Assembly (NCBI GenBank): GCA_001179505.1
Contig: CDMY01000271.1
Coordinates: 62,001 to 126,000 of the forward strand
DNA from: Vitrella brassicaformis CCMP3155
Taxonomy: Eukaryota > Protista > Chromerida
Direction: 5' to 3'
Length of the DNA: 64,000 nucleotides
Shown here: positions 50,027-61,723 of the stretch, one piece after another
Layout: each line of letters starts with the position of its first letter
Numbering within the stretch: position 1 is the stretch's first letter
The notes under the pieces: model-generated
Seen by the model: only the letters and a program-made list of their open reading frames with translations
Told to the model about the DNA's origin: nothing
Database searches by the model: none
Translations under genes and position numbers: made by a program

Positions 50027-51901
50027 TTTGTTTTGTGAGAGAGAGTGCCTGTCATGGGACTGTGCTTTTGGTCAACGAACGGTTGTCGATAACTTGAGCG
50101 AAGAATGGAGACTCGATGGTGTGTGTGTGTTGCCTCGATGGGCACAGCCCAGGCCAACATGACGTGTGACTGAAGAAATTAATCAATGGGAGTCCAACCA
50201 ATATCGCATGCAGGCAACGACGTGAACGAACGCACAGAAAACACACACACGTGCATTCAGAGGAGGGAGTCAGGCGTGCATGCGTATGCATATCCGCCGT
50301 TCGAACACGAATATTGAGTTCGGCAAAAAAGTGCAAAGTGAGGCTACGCTGCCCCGAGACAAACGGAGAGAGACCCGTTCGCACTGAGAGTGAGGAAAGC
50401 AATGCGAAAGGACAGGTGCAGCCCCCATGGTCGTGTGTATCATCCTGCCTTACAGAGGCGTATCGCATCGTCTGCAGCACCCACCTCTCTCGATTGGTCG
50501 TGTCCGCCGTCTGTGTGCCCGGCTGGCTGATTGTGTGATGTCTGTCCTTCCTGGACGAACTCGGGTGGGAATATGAGATGAGATGTGTAGAGGAAGGGAC
50601 AAACAATCCGTGAGACACGCAGTGACGCACACGAAGGGGCGACAGCAAGAAACGAACCCCTCATCAGGGCGCAAAAATCCCATCGAAAGAAAGACCCGTA
50701 TGCGGGGCGCGTCCTTGAAACCAATATGACACGCCCTCTGGCTCACGAAAGATAGAGAAAGTGCCACACACACAACCCCGTGTACAAATACGACCCTCCT
50801 CTTCGCGCAGACAGACACACAGACAGACAGACGACAGACACACAGATATATAGGCAGGCACAGGCAGGCAGGCAGGCAGGCACTCACTAAAATTTCGCGC
50901 ATTCTCATGTTGTCTGTTTGTTTTTCGCGCGTGCGATGTCAGTAGACGAATGGACGGCACGCACGTGTATTGAGGGGGCGGGGGGAGGGGAGGGGAGGGG
51001 AGGGGCAGCGTGGGGTGAAGATGGGTGTCGCTCAAGGGAGTTCGCTCACTGCTCAATCAAAAGATGATGAGAGATAGTAGCTGAGGTCAGTTAGGTGCCA
51101 TGTTCCATGCATTTCTGATGCATGCATGCATTCATCCGTCCGTCTGTCTATCCATCCGTGTACACATCACATCCTCCCTGCCTCCCTCCAATCCACATGT
51201 GTATAGGTTACACACACACACGGCCGGCCACCCCCCCACCCCATCCAATCCACCCACTTCGCGTATGCATTACGGGCGTACTGACTGAGGAGATAGAAAA
51301 ACAGCCAATGACAGACACGGGAGGGAGGGGGACCGACGGACTGCAAAAACGCGACCCTCCACACAACAGATCGGTACGTCTGCGCAAAATACATACGAGC
51401 ATGGTGCTACATAGGATCTCTCTCTCCCTCTCTCTCTCTCTGCATGCAGGCACATCACATGTACATGCGATATAGACGGCGGGCGAGCACGCACGTGGCC
51501 GGTCCAACCCTAGGAGCTGGTGAGCCGAGGCGCGCGAGCTCACTTTCATTCATTCTCGCGCTGAATGAATGCAGAGCACGCAAACGAGGAAGAAATGATC
51601 ACATGCATACCAACATACGCACGAGCAAGACATACACACATACACACATACACACAGACATGAACAGCCACGCACACAAGGCAGGCATGAAAGCGGGAAG
51701 GGCATGCAGCAGCCAGCCAGTCAGTCAGACAGACAGACGGTAAGCATCCAGCCAACATACATCCATACCATGCACCCACCCGAGCAAGAATGACCATGTC
51801 ATGACCATCAATCACCATACATACAGACGAGACAAAACTCCCCTTGATTGCTCCTTTCTCTCTTTCCCGCCCGGGGTGAGCAGAGCATGCACCTCTCCTC
51901 C

Positions 51902-53868
51902 CTACGCAGCCTCTGTCTGCTGTGTCTGCTGTGTCTGCTGCTGCTGCTGCCTGTTGGTGGCCGACTTGAGCATGCCGACCACCTTGTCGCGTGTGGCGTT
52001 GAGGAGCGGGGTGGCATGCTCCCGCACCCGCACCGACAGGCCCTCCAGGTTGCCCTTGAGGTTCTCAATGGACGTGTTGGTGTACTCCTTGACGGGCACC
52101 GGAATCTGCAGGTACCCCATGTACACCGCAGCACCGATGCCGCCCGCGAGCACGAGCAGTGCCAGGATGGTGATGAGGATGGTGCGGCAGAGGGTGGATC
52201 GGCGAGGGGGCTGTGGCGCGCCCAGCAGAGGGCCGCTGGGATCCTCCTCCGTCATGCGCGGGGCCTCGGACGCCTCGGCTATCGTCGGCACCTCAGTGCG
52301 GATCGATCGGTCGGTCATCATCGACTGACAAATATATAAACCAAGACACACAATCACCATCCGCCCCAGGTGTTGTGCCTCTGTCTGTCTGTGGTCTTCT
52401 GTCTGACCTTTTCCTGGGTCTCCTCTTGTGTGGTGTCCGTGGTGAGTGTGGCCCCGGTGGTCTCTCCGCCCTTGCTTCGCTCGACGGTCTTGCCCATGTC
52501 CTCGGTGCTCGCCGAAGCAGCAGGGGGCAGCTCCGCCTTGATCAACGGCCGGTGCTCCGCGTCAGGCTCGTCGCTGTCCTCACTCTTGCTCGGTGAATCC
52601 TGTAAGTAAGCAAACAGACACCAAAGACACCCATCCCATGAGAGAGGTTGTGGGTGCCAATCCTGTTAACTAGCCTTACTCCCCTCACCTGTCCGGGTGG
52701 CATGTCGGCCCTCTGCTGGTACTGCACGCTCGATGGCGAGGCCGTTGCGGTGGCGGTGGCCCTCTCCACGTCCACAGTGGCATCGACGTCATCTGGCGGC
52801 TGAGAGGGTTCTGGCTCCTCCTCGTTGACGACCAGCTGCGGCTCGCTGGATGACTGTGCGGGGGGCTGGGCGGGGGGAGGCGCCGCCGACGCAGTGGCTG
52901 ACGGGCTGATCGAGGGATGCATAGATGGGATGGACAGGAGGGAGACAAATGTGCACTGCACATGTCTGTGAGTGTAGGGACCTTGGTGTCCGTGCGGTGC
53001 GTACCCCTCGATGAGCAGTTGTCCCTTTCCGTCGGTGGTGACGTCCCCGAACTTGCCGTCGTTGACCGCGAAGTTGGAGGCCTCGGGCATGATGAACATG
53101 CGGTTGATGGAGAAGTCCTCCCAAGACACCTGGTCGCCAGGCTTCGTAATGACGTACTTGTACTCCTGTTGGTGACAGACAGACACCAGCAAACACACAC
53201 ACAGGGTCCCAGTGGCCCACCGTTTGCCGTGTCTGTCTGCGTACGATCTGCATGCCGCTCTTGGACGATCTGAACTCGGTGACTGGCGACGACCACACGG
53301 GGAAGTTGTCCCCGTCTGTCGCCATCAACAACGCGTTGGACACCTGCCAAACAAAGGACACACACGGGCAACACAACACAACGTGGGTGAATGTCCTGGA
53401 CATCCATCGATTGATCTGCGCTGCTCTCTTTCTGTGGCCGGCATCCCTACATCCCAAGATCTGCACACAGACAGACAGGCATACAACCGGGACAGATGGA
53501 CATGACATGAAAACTGCACGTTGCTCTGCTCTGCTCTGCGCCTGGCTCCGCACGCATCTTGCTTACTTACCCCAGCTCGTCGATGTTGCCGACCACCCGC
53601 ACGGATTCACCCTGGGAGAACCAACACAACAACCAAACCAGGCAAACCAGAGCAAGGAAGTGCGCCGAGACCAGACCACCGTGCGGGCAGTCGTCGTTGT
53701 GAGGCGTACCAGCGAGGTGTTGCAGGAGATCTGAACGAAGCAGACACGGCAACACACAGACAAGCACAGCGGGGTCACCGTTGCTCTGTGCCGTTTCCAG
53801 CGGTCTTCACCGATCTCCCTGATGGTAGATCGTGTGGTTCTCACCTTAAATTTTCCGAAGCTCGACAT
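51902..53868 (-). CDS. CBM20 starch-binding protein with low-complexity linker and C-terminal transmembrane anchor
   Basis: MSSFGKFK/ISCNTSL/GESVRVVGNIDELG.WD..ALLM..DNFPVWS..EYKYV..WE..NR is a CBM20 pattern. TM ILITILALLVLAGGIGAAVYMGYL at ~52110-52180. Confidence 0.85.
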
Positions 53869-54020
53869 CGTGAGGGGAAGGAAGGACGCAGCGACGCCAA
53901 AAACTTCCCCTTCTCGCCCGTCCCCTTTGTTGCGAGCTCAAGGTATGCGAGCTAAGCGTAGGTTCGGAGCGTGTTTTCCGGAGATCTGCAGGCCTGTGCG
54001 GCCACGTTGTCGTAGAAGCG

Positions 54021-55635
54021 ATGCCGTCATCGGGGCGTTTCCAGGTGCGGGACGGTGAAGAGAGCAACGGAGGGCGGGAAACGAAAGATGCGCTTGCCGA
54101 CTGATCAATGGTGTGTCTGTTGTGTGTGGTCTGTCTGTGTGTGTTGGCGGTGTGCAGGTGACGTGTCAGACAGAGCTGGTAAGCACCGAGGCACTGAGGA
54201 CCTATCTCTCTCACTTGTGGATCACATCTCCCTGTGCTATCATCACGGCTGTTGGTGTGCAGGGTGAGGAGGTCCGTGTTGTGGGCAGCATCGACGAGCT
54301 GGGCCGATGGGATGTAAGTCGCAAACACTGCCACACACCACAGACCGGACAGCGTCAACTGACGCATCCATCCATCGGTGGTGTGCTCGCCGCCCGTGTC
54401 ACTCAGGTGTCGAAGGCCCTCCCCCTCACCACCGACGAGCGCAGCTACCCTCTGTGGTCCTCGGAGGTCATGAAGTACCCCTCGCTCAAGACAGGCATGA
54501 AAATGGTGGGTAACAACCTCTGCAACTCTCTTGCAACACAAGCAAGCGTTGGTTGCTTATTTGCGCTTGTGTGTAATGTCTGTCCTTAATGACTGCAATG
54601 CAGGAGTACAAGTATGTGGTGGTCACTCCCGATGGCGAGGTCAAGTGGGAGGAGTTCCCCCTCAACCGGCTGTTTGTGTTGCCGCCCTCGTCTCGCTTCC
54701 GCGTGACTGACGGGACGTTCGGTGAGATGTCGCCCAACGAGACCAACAGGTCCAAGGTCATTGTCGAGGTCTACGCACCCCCCGACTGGACAGTCGTCGA
54801 TGGGTGAGGAAGGAACAGAAAACACCTTTAGAACAAACATGCCATGCCGTGCCAACGAGGTGTGGTGTCTGTCACATGCTTGAATGTCTGACAGGTCGTC
54901 GATGGAGTCCCCGTCGCCCAACGTCTCTCCCCAGTACTACCCGCCCTCTCTGCCCCCTCCCCCGCCCCCCAAGCAGCCCCTCACAGAGACCAGCGAGACG
55001 GTCGTCATAGTCACCAAGGAGACCCCGCCGCCAACCGCACCCATTCCCATACCCCAGCCAGAGGAAACAGTCCCCACCACAGTCCCCTCTCCCTCACCCG
55101 CAGCAGCATCGCCTGACGCCACCACAGTCAGCCCCTCGTCGTCAATCGCGCGTATGGCTGCTGTGCCTGCCCCGGAGGAGACCAAGGAGATGGGGTCGCC
55201 GACTCTGTCTGCCGAGGGCATGACGGCCGACAGCGAGGGAGATCTGGACGAGGGCAGCCATGCCCCCGTTACGGGGGAGGGTGTGGTGGTTATGAGCGAC
55301 GTCAAAGAGGCCTTGTCGCGTATCTCGGAGGGTGAGGAACTGACCAACGATGATGTCAGCGGCGGTGAAACCAACAAAGTGCAGCAGCAGGTAAAGGGCA
55401 AGCCAAGCCAGCTCGTCATTCGTGTCTCATATCTGCAGACATTGTGTCGCTTTTTTGTCCGTGTGTCTTGCTGTTATATGCTCAGAGTGCCCCCGTGTGT
55501 GTGTCTGATGTACGCCAAGTGATGCCTCCCGCGCCTCCAAACCGGTCCCTGTTCGGCCCTTCCTCACGCAAGTCGACCCCTGCAGACATCGAACGATCCC
55601 GGGCATTCCTCAGCCGCATGTTCGGGGGCGTCTAG
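54021..55635 (+). CDS. CBM20 starch-binding protein with Pro/Ser/Thr-rich tail
   Basis: MPSSGRFQ/VTCQTEL/GEEVRVVGSIDELGRWD/VSKALPL..YPLWS..EYKYVV..WE..NR; the first introns fall at the same positions as in the divergent paralogue. Confidence 0.87.
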
Positions 55636-56945
55636 GGAGAAGAAAGGCAAGACTCAACCTCCGTGCCCTTCCTTCTTTTTCTCTGTGATTTTTCTGGCAT
55701 ACCAGACGCCTGCAATCAAATGATGGATGGATGCTAGGCTGCCTGTTGTCGCCTGTGACCGTTTGTTTTCATGTTTCACAGAGAGAGGGAGGGAGTTTTG
55801 GCGAGCAGGGCAAGATCGTAGGGAGGGAGGGGGGAGGAGAGGAACGAAAGAAGTGTTTCTGTCTCGGATTTTTCTCTTCTCACATCATGTGCACACAAGA
55901 CATGGCTGCTTTATTCATTCATCCTTCCATCTATCCATCTGTCATCGCATCTTTTCTTTTCGTCCGTTTGGTCGTGTGTGGGAATGCGTCTGCACACTGA
56001 CGGCGCAACGGCTGACAAGAGGGGCGCTCTTTTGGCTCCATCGAATGCATTGCGTTACATTGCGTATATCGCACACACATGGGACATGGGGGCAGAAGGA
56101 GGGGGAGGGGAGGGGAGGGACGGGAGAGACAGTGACTGACATATGCCGGGGTGTTTTTCAGTGAGGAGAAAGTGGGAGTGAGAGCTGCCGACCGGCCGGC
56201 CGGCCGACTAGAGGAGAGGGAGAAGTGTCTACTACCTGCCCATCCTGTCTGCCTCTATCGCTTCTATCCTTTCCTCTCTCAAACCAGACAGAGGCCATTT
56301 CCTTCCATTAATTGCGGTACTTAGTGAAAGCGCGGGGGGGCGGGGGGGCGGGGTGTAGTGCTGCGCTTGGCGGACAGTTGTATATATAGAGAGGGAGAGA
56401 GAGAGAGCACGATGAATTAGATAGATCCAACGACACGACACACATCAGACAGGCCGAGAGCAGGCAAGAAGAGCGAGCCAGACGGGCTGCGCACCGTCCA
56501 TTCCCTTAGATTATCCAGTGCCGGCCGTTGCGTGAGTTTATTCAGAGAGAGATGATCCATCCATCCATGAGTGGCAGACTGCCTTGATCGCATCCATCTC
56601 ACTCACCAGAGCAGGTTTTGTGCTGGCACCATGGACAAATTGGCAGGCACCTCCCGCAACCGAGAGCATAGCGTGTACTCGTGAATTCGGAATGACGTGT
56701 GTGCGTGTGGGGGAGGTGGTGGCTCGTTTTGGTGTAGTGACAGACACGACAGACACCCCTCGGTCTGGCGCGGCTGATGACTGATTGCTGGCAGGGCGCA
56801 CACGGTGGGCATGGTGTCAGCACTCAAGTACCACGTGCATGACAGAGCAATAACTCAGGAAGTGTCACTTATCATAGTACACAGCACCCAAAAAGCTGAC
56901 GACCGGTTCAATCACATCACACGACGACTGCAGGCTGGCCGGCTG

Positions 56946-57235
56946 TCATGGCCTCAGATCCTTGATCTGCCATGCATCGAGCTTCTTCTTCTGCCGCTCT
57001 ATGTCACGGAGAACACCCGAGTGACGTTTCTGATAGATCAACAGGAAGAAGCACACACACAGGACAGGCAGGCAGCGATGTGACGATGGATGGGAATGAC
57101 AGCGATCTCTCTCTCTTTTGGTCTGCTTACGTCCCTGTTGTCTTCTTTGTACCAGTTGACGTACACAAACATTCCCAGGAACCACACGCTGGCCGTGCCG
57201 ACCCAAAAGAGCTCCCGCCTCGTCCAGGTGCTCAT
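56946..57235 (-). CDS. PET117: PET117 cytochrome c oxidase assembly factor (62 aa, two exons)
   Basis: Exons 57235-57131 and 57029-56946 give MSTWTRRELFWVGTASVWFLGMFVYVNWYKEDNRDKRHSGVLRDIERQKKKLDAWQIKDLRP. This aligns without gaps to the PET117 signature TM-VH-x12-GVIRDIERQ, recalled from the human protein. Confidence 0.85.
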
Positions 57236-57294
57236 TCAAAGGCTCGGCTTCGGCGGCACGCCAAGCCCATGGACTCCTGAATGGCTGGCTGCAC

Positions 57295-57374
57295 GATTCG
57301 CGCGCTCGCCTTAGGGTACTATGGAACCAAAGAGTTTCACGAAGTCTCTCAAACCCTAAGGTCAAACCCTAAGG
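57295..57374. promoter_or_regulatory. Telo-box (AAACCCTAA) pair plus GATTCGCGCG in divergent promoter
   Basis: AAACCCTAAGG at 57351-57361 and 57364-57374, reverse ACCCTAAGG at 57309-57317, GATTCGCGCG at 57295-57304. Confidence 0.55.
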
Positions 57375-57574
57375 AGGGAAGACTTGGAAGAAATCAACTC
57401 GCCGCGAGGGAGGACAAGGAAGGACATCGTCACACAGCAGATCCAGCCCACATCCACCCCAGATCCCATCAACGAATCGCATCAACCTCACTCAAGTGAT
57501 CAGTCAATCGCACCAGCTCTCTCTCTGTACCTACCGCACATCCTTCCATCTATCGCACTCACCCGTCGCACTGA

Positions 57575-59058
57575 ATGAAGGTTCCAGCAGCCGAGAAGCA
57601 GGGCGTCCCCACCGACCGCACCCTCGCCTTCCAGAAGGCGGCAACAGCCTCGGGCGGCGACGATGCCGAGCGGATCGTGCACCTCTTGCGCTCATGGGAC
57701 ACTGACGGAGATGGCATGTTCAGGTGGGCAAAGAGAGAAAGGGGGGCAGGGAGACACGCATGCGTGGGTGGGTGTGGGACTGACTGGTTCTGTGTGTGGG
57801 ATGTTCGTGTGTGCAGCGTCCAGGAGGTGTTGTCGGCTGCCCGCCAGATGATGTCTGAGCGCAAGACCAACCGACGCCTTCTCTGGGTCATCGCTGGCGT
57901 GGCCGTCCTTTATGGTGAGTGAGATCACACCCCACACACACTGATCACTGAAGCATCCGTCATGCACACGCTCTCTCCCTCTGTGTGCCTGTGTGCAGTC
58001 CTCACCGTCGCGGTCCTCCTGGGCATCACTGTGGGCGCCGTCGAGCTCGCCAAGGATGCCAAACCCGACGAGAACGGCAACATGATCAACCTACACGGAG
58101 CCAAGGATGTCGTTCGTAAGTCAGACACGCACGGAAGGGACAAGGGAAAGAACACCGCTTTCTTGCAAAGTATGAGTGTCGGTTCTGTGGTGCTTGTCTC
58201 TTCTATCTGTAGACACCAAGGCGAAGACCGACGTCGCCTCCCCGTTCGACTTTGTGACTCAGAGCCTCGCCGACCTCGAACAGGTGACAAGGCACAAACG
58301 CACACCGCTCCTTCATTATCGGTGGTGATGGACGCATCTGTCTGCCCTCCCTCGTGTCATCGGTTATCTGTGTGCAGATCGACGCCCTGTACATTGACGA
58401 TCTGCTCACCAAGGAGGGCAAGACGATCGAGAGATACTACAAGGTCATGACGGTCTCCAGAAGCAAGGACGACGGCTCCGTCAAGGTACGCAACACGACA
58501 TGTCGAGTTGTTGCATCGCACCACTTTGGCCCACATCTCCTTCCCCTCTGGTCTCTCGCTGGTTGCCTGCAGGTCGAATTCTTCGGCGGCGACTACCTGG
58601 AGGTGGACAAGGAGCGTGCACTGCTCTTCCGGCCCAAACCGGAGAGCGGCTGTGGCGCCGAGGCCGAGGGCTTCGAGGCCCCCGAGGGTTTCTGTCCCGT
58701 CGCCGAGATCATCAACGGGGCCGACCCTCGTGACGCTGAGGCGAGCGGGGAGCCCGACGCCAGACGTCTGCTGCGCGACGGCCGCCAGCTGCAGGCCAGA
58801 ACCTCCATCGTCGGGCCCGCCTACAACACTGGCCCGCGCGGCGTCGGCGGCAACATCAATTTCAATACGGGCCGCATCTACGGCAGCGGTAAGGACGACG
58901 AACGTCACACGTGGCCTCATTCTATCATGTGCGCCAACCTCTCTGTATGTATGTGTGTTTTGTGGTGTGTTGCAGATGGCATCGTGTCCTTGGGCAGATC
59001 GCGGTTCTTCGGGCAAGGCCAGTTCCGCAGCTGCAATGGGCCTGCGTGCTCGTTCTAA
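57575..59058 (+). CDS. EF-hand + transmembrane protein with luminal/extracellular domain
   Basis: Seven exons splice in frame; canonical EF loop DTDGDGMFSVQE, TM LLWVIAGVAVLYVLTVAVLLGITVGAV, ends CNGPACSF*. Confidence 0.8.
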
Positions 59059-60056
59059 GGGACACCTATCGCGACAGGCGACGTCTCCGGGGTAGGGGAG
59101 GGGTAGGTTTTTTTTCGCTCGTTCGTGTAGGCGTACATGTGTGCGTAGCCTGCTGCCTGCCTCACCACTGCTTTTTTTCTCGGGGCGAGGCAGGCCTGTC
59201 TGCTCGCGGATTGCACAGGGGGGTGTCTGTGGGGTTCTGCTGAGGCGCGAGTGTCTCTCTCGGCGTGTGTCGGTCGTGTCACTGGGCCGAGTCTTCTCAG
59301 CCAGCCCTGTCTTGTCTTGTCGACCACCGGGTGTATTTGATCCATTCCTTCATGTGTGGCGTGGCTTCCAGCCACTACCTACTCGCTTCCCTGCCTGCCT
59401 GCCTGCCCATCACGCACTCACTTGGCGCGCAGCCTGTCTGTCCATTTGCCTACTTGCTCCCTGGTGCATGTGCATATATTCATGTCTGTCTGTCTGTCTG
59501 TCTGCGTGGACGTTTTTCCGTATTCCCATCCCCTCGCTGCACCCTCCCCCCGCGTGCGTGTCTGCGCGTGTGTGTTTGTGCCGCTCTTTTATGGAGCTGG
59601 ACGTGCGTGCTGGCATGCTCTCTGGGGCGGTGGGTGCGTGAGACGGTTTTCTAGTCGTGCGTGCGGTGTATCGAAGCACCTATATGCCAGTCAGTCGTGG
59701 CGCATGCTTGTTTATGTGATGTCTAAATGTCGTGTGTCTCAGTCTTGTGTAGGTGCATATATCACATCCATACTTTCTTCTTCACACGGACCGCTCAGCG
59801 TGTGGGGGGATGGACAGGACTTGGGGACGGACGGCTGCATCATTCATCGATTCTACTGAATGGCATTACTTCCACCATTCTTTGTAGAAATGGATCACAC
59901 GACTCGCATGTAGTCATGGAAATAATATGACACCACACAAAGCCACACGTTGTCCATCCATCCATCCATCCATTCGTCGATCATTTTCTGAGTCTTTCAC
60001 AAATAGGCAGTGCCTGTCTGTCTGTCTGTCTGTCTGTCTGTCGACCAGCCATACAC

Positions 60057-61604
60057 TCATCTCATACCAATGCTAGAAGGGCCCCCCCGTCCCCCCGACC
60101 CGAGGGAGAGCTTGACAGCCGCCCCAGCTGCCGGCACCAGCTCCTCCGCGCCCCTGTCCTCCCCCCGCCTCAGTGCACGGTTCCTTCTCCGCAAAAGTGC
60201 TAGCTTCTCGGGCGCCTGCGTCTTGACGAGGTTGAGGCGGTCCCGCAGGTCGGAGTAGTCCTCGCTCTCTACCACCTTGCACTTGTAGTATAAGTCGCGC
60301 CGCTTCTTGGGGTAGAGGTAGAGCATCAGGAAGTCGGCTGCCAGGGTGGCGGTGCGGAGGAGGGCCATGCAGGCGCCTATCTGGATGACAATGAGGGTGA
60401 GGGCGACCTTCCTGCCGATGCCCTGCGAGTCGACGAGGATGCGGATGCCCCGCATAAAGTACGCGTCTCGCCGGTCGGTCTTGCTGCCGCTGTCTCGGTA
60501 GTGGTGCGCTCTCTTCTGCGTGAAGCCCCCACTCTGGGTGCCGATCTGCTCTGTGGTCGATGCGTTGAAGTCACGATCCAGCCGCTCCACCTTGACGTCA
60601 TACGGCTCACACTTCATCGTGACGTCGCAGTCCCACAGGAAAGTGACCCCCAGCAGGACGCCGGTGTCGCTCACGGCGTCGATGGTCAGCGATGAATGAG
60701 TTTTGTTGAGCAGCCCTGCCAGGGTGATGTTGCGGAACTCAGGGATGGAGGCCACAAAGAGGTAGTTGCCGATGTTAGGGAAGGCGATGCCCGCCTGCAG
60801 GTCGAGGACGAGCTTGTCCAGCCCCTTGACCTTGGTGATCTCCATGTCGCTCGACTTGTCGGCCGTGGCCTCATTGATGGTCGGACACCAGTTGGCGCCC
60901 TTGCAGTGCTTTGTGGCCTCGTCACACGTGGCTGGCGGCCGGCAGGGACACGGGTCGGTGAAGTCAACGCAGTCGCCCACCTGCTGGCCCCTCTGCACCA
61001 TGATCTTTGAAGCGATGAAAACGCCTGAAGCCTCGATCTCTGGGAAGCGGAGGTCGGATATGTCAAAGGCCCTCTGGGGGTTGGCGGCGTCGATGCTCTT
61101 GCCCTTGACTTTGGCTACGATAAACCCGTTGCCGGGCTCTTGGAACTGGTGGCGGCCCTGCTTCCACAGATTGAAGATGGCGAAATACAGAATGATCATT
61201 GTCACAATGCTCCAATACAGAAGTCCCAGCCACCGATCCTGAAGCCATCCATCCATCCATATGTGTGTGTGGGTGTGTTGGCTGCAAGGCAATGGTGATG
61301 CACCTCACCTGGATGTTGACGACTTTGAATGTGCGGTACCTGCACAGCACAGAATGGACAGCGCGCCGCAGCACACAGACCGATGCACAGTGTGGATGCG
61401 TCAGATCTGTCCATCAACTCACGCGAACACACGGTCAAGATCCACTCCACAGAAAAGCTGCGGATCCTCATCCCCCTCGCGATGGTACGCACCGCTTGCT
61501 GCTGCTGCTGCAGCGGCGCTGGACGACGTGTGCTGCGCTCCTGGGCCGCCAGACATTGCAGGAAGCCTCTTCCCTCGGAGATTTACGTCAAAGCTCGCAA
61601 CCAT
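60057..61604 (-). CDS. P2X: P2X purinoceptor-family cation channel
   Basis: VFAYRTFKVVNIQDRWLGLLY (TxK site, TM1), AKVKG, Cys-rich head (GDC..WCP), WDCD, RGIRI, TM2 IGACMALL.TAT..ADFLM and YxxxK (YYKCK). The start may be 61556. Confidence 0.93.
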
Positions 61605-61723
61605 GAACCCGCTGCGTCTACCCTTAGAGCCCAAAGGCCATGATTGCAGCCGCGTGCTCTGCTGTTTGTAGCGGGGAAACAGCACCTGCAGATCTTGGCG
61701 CCTCGTCCTGATAGCTTATCGCG

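Noticed and set aside
50888-50908. MRMREIL followed by a GTGAGT donor as a tubulin-like start on the minus strand
   Set aside because: No tubulin sequence follows and no in-frame exon chain could be built.
58357-59016. Minus-strand ORFs over the EF-hand gene, and similar shadows over P2X and CCDC39
   Set aside because: Antisense open frames expected from GC3-rich codon usage.
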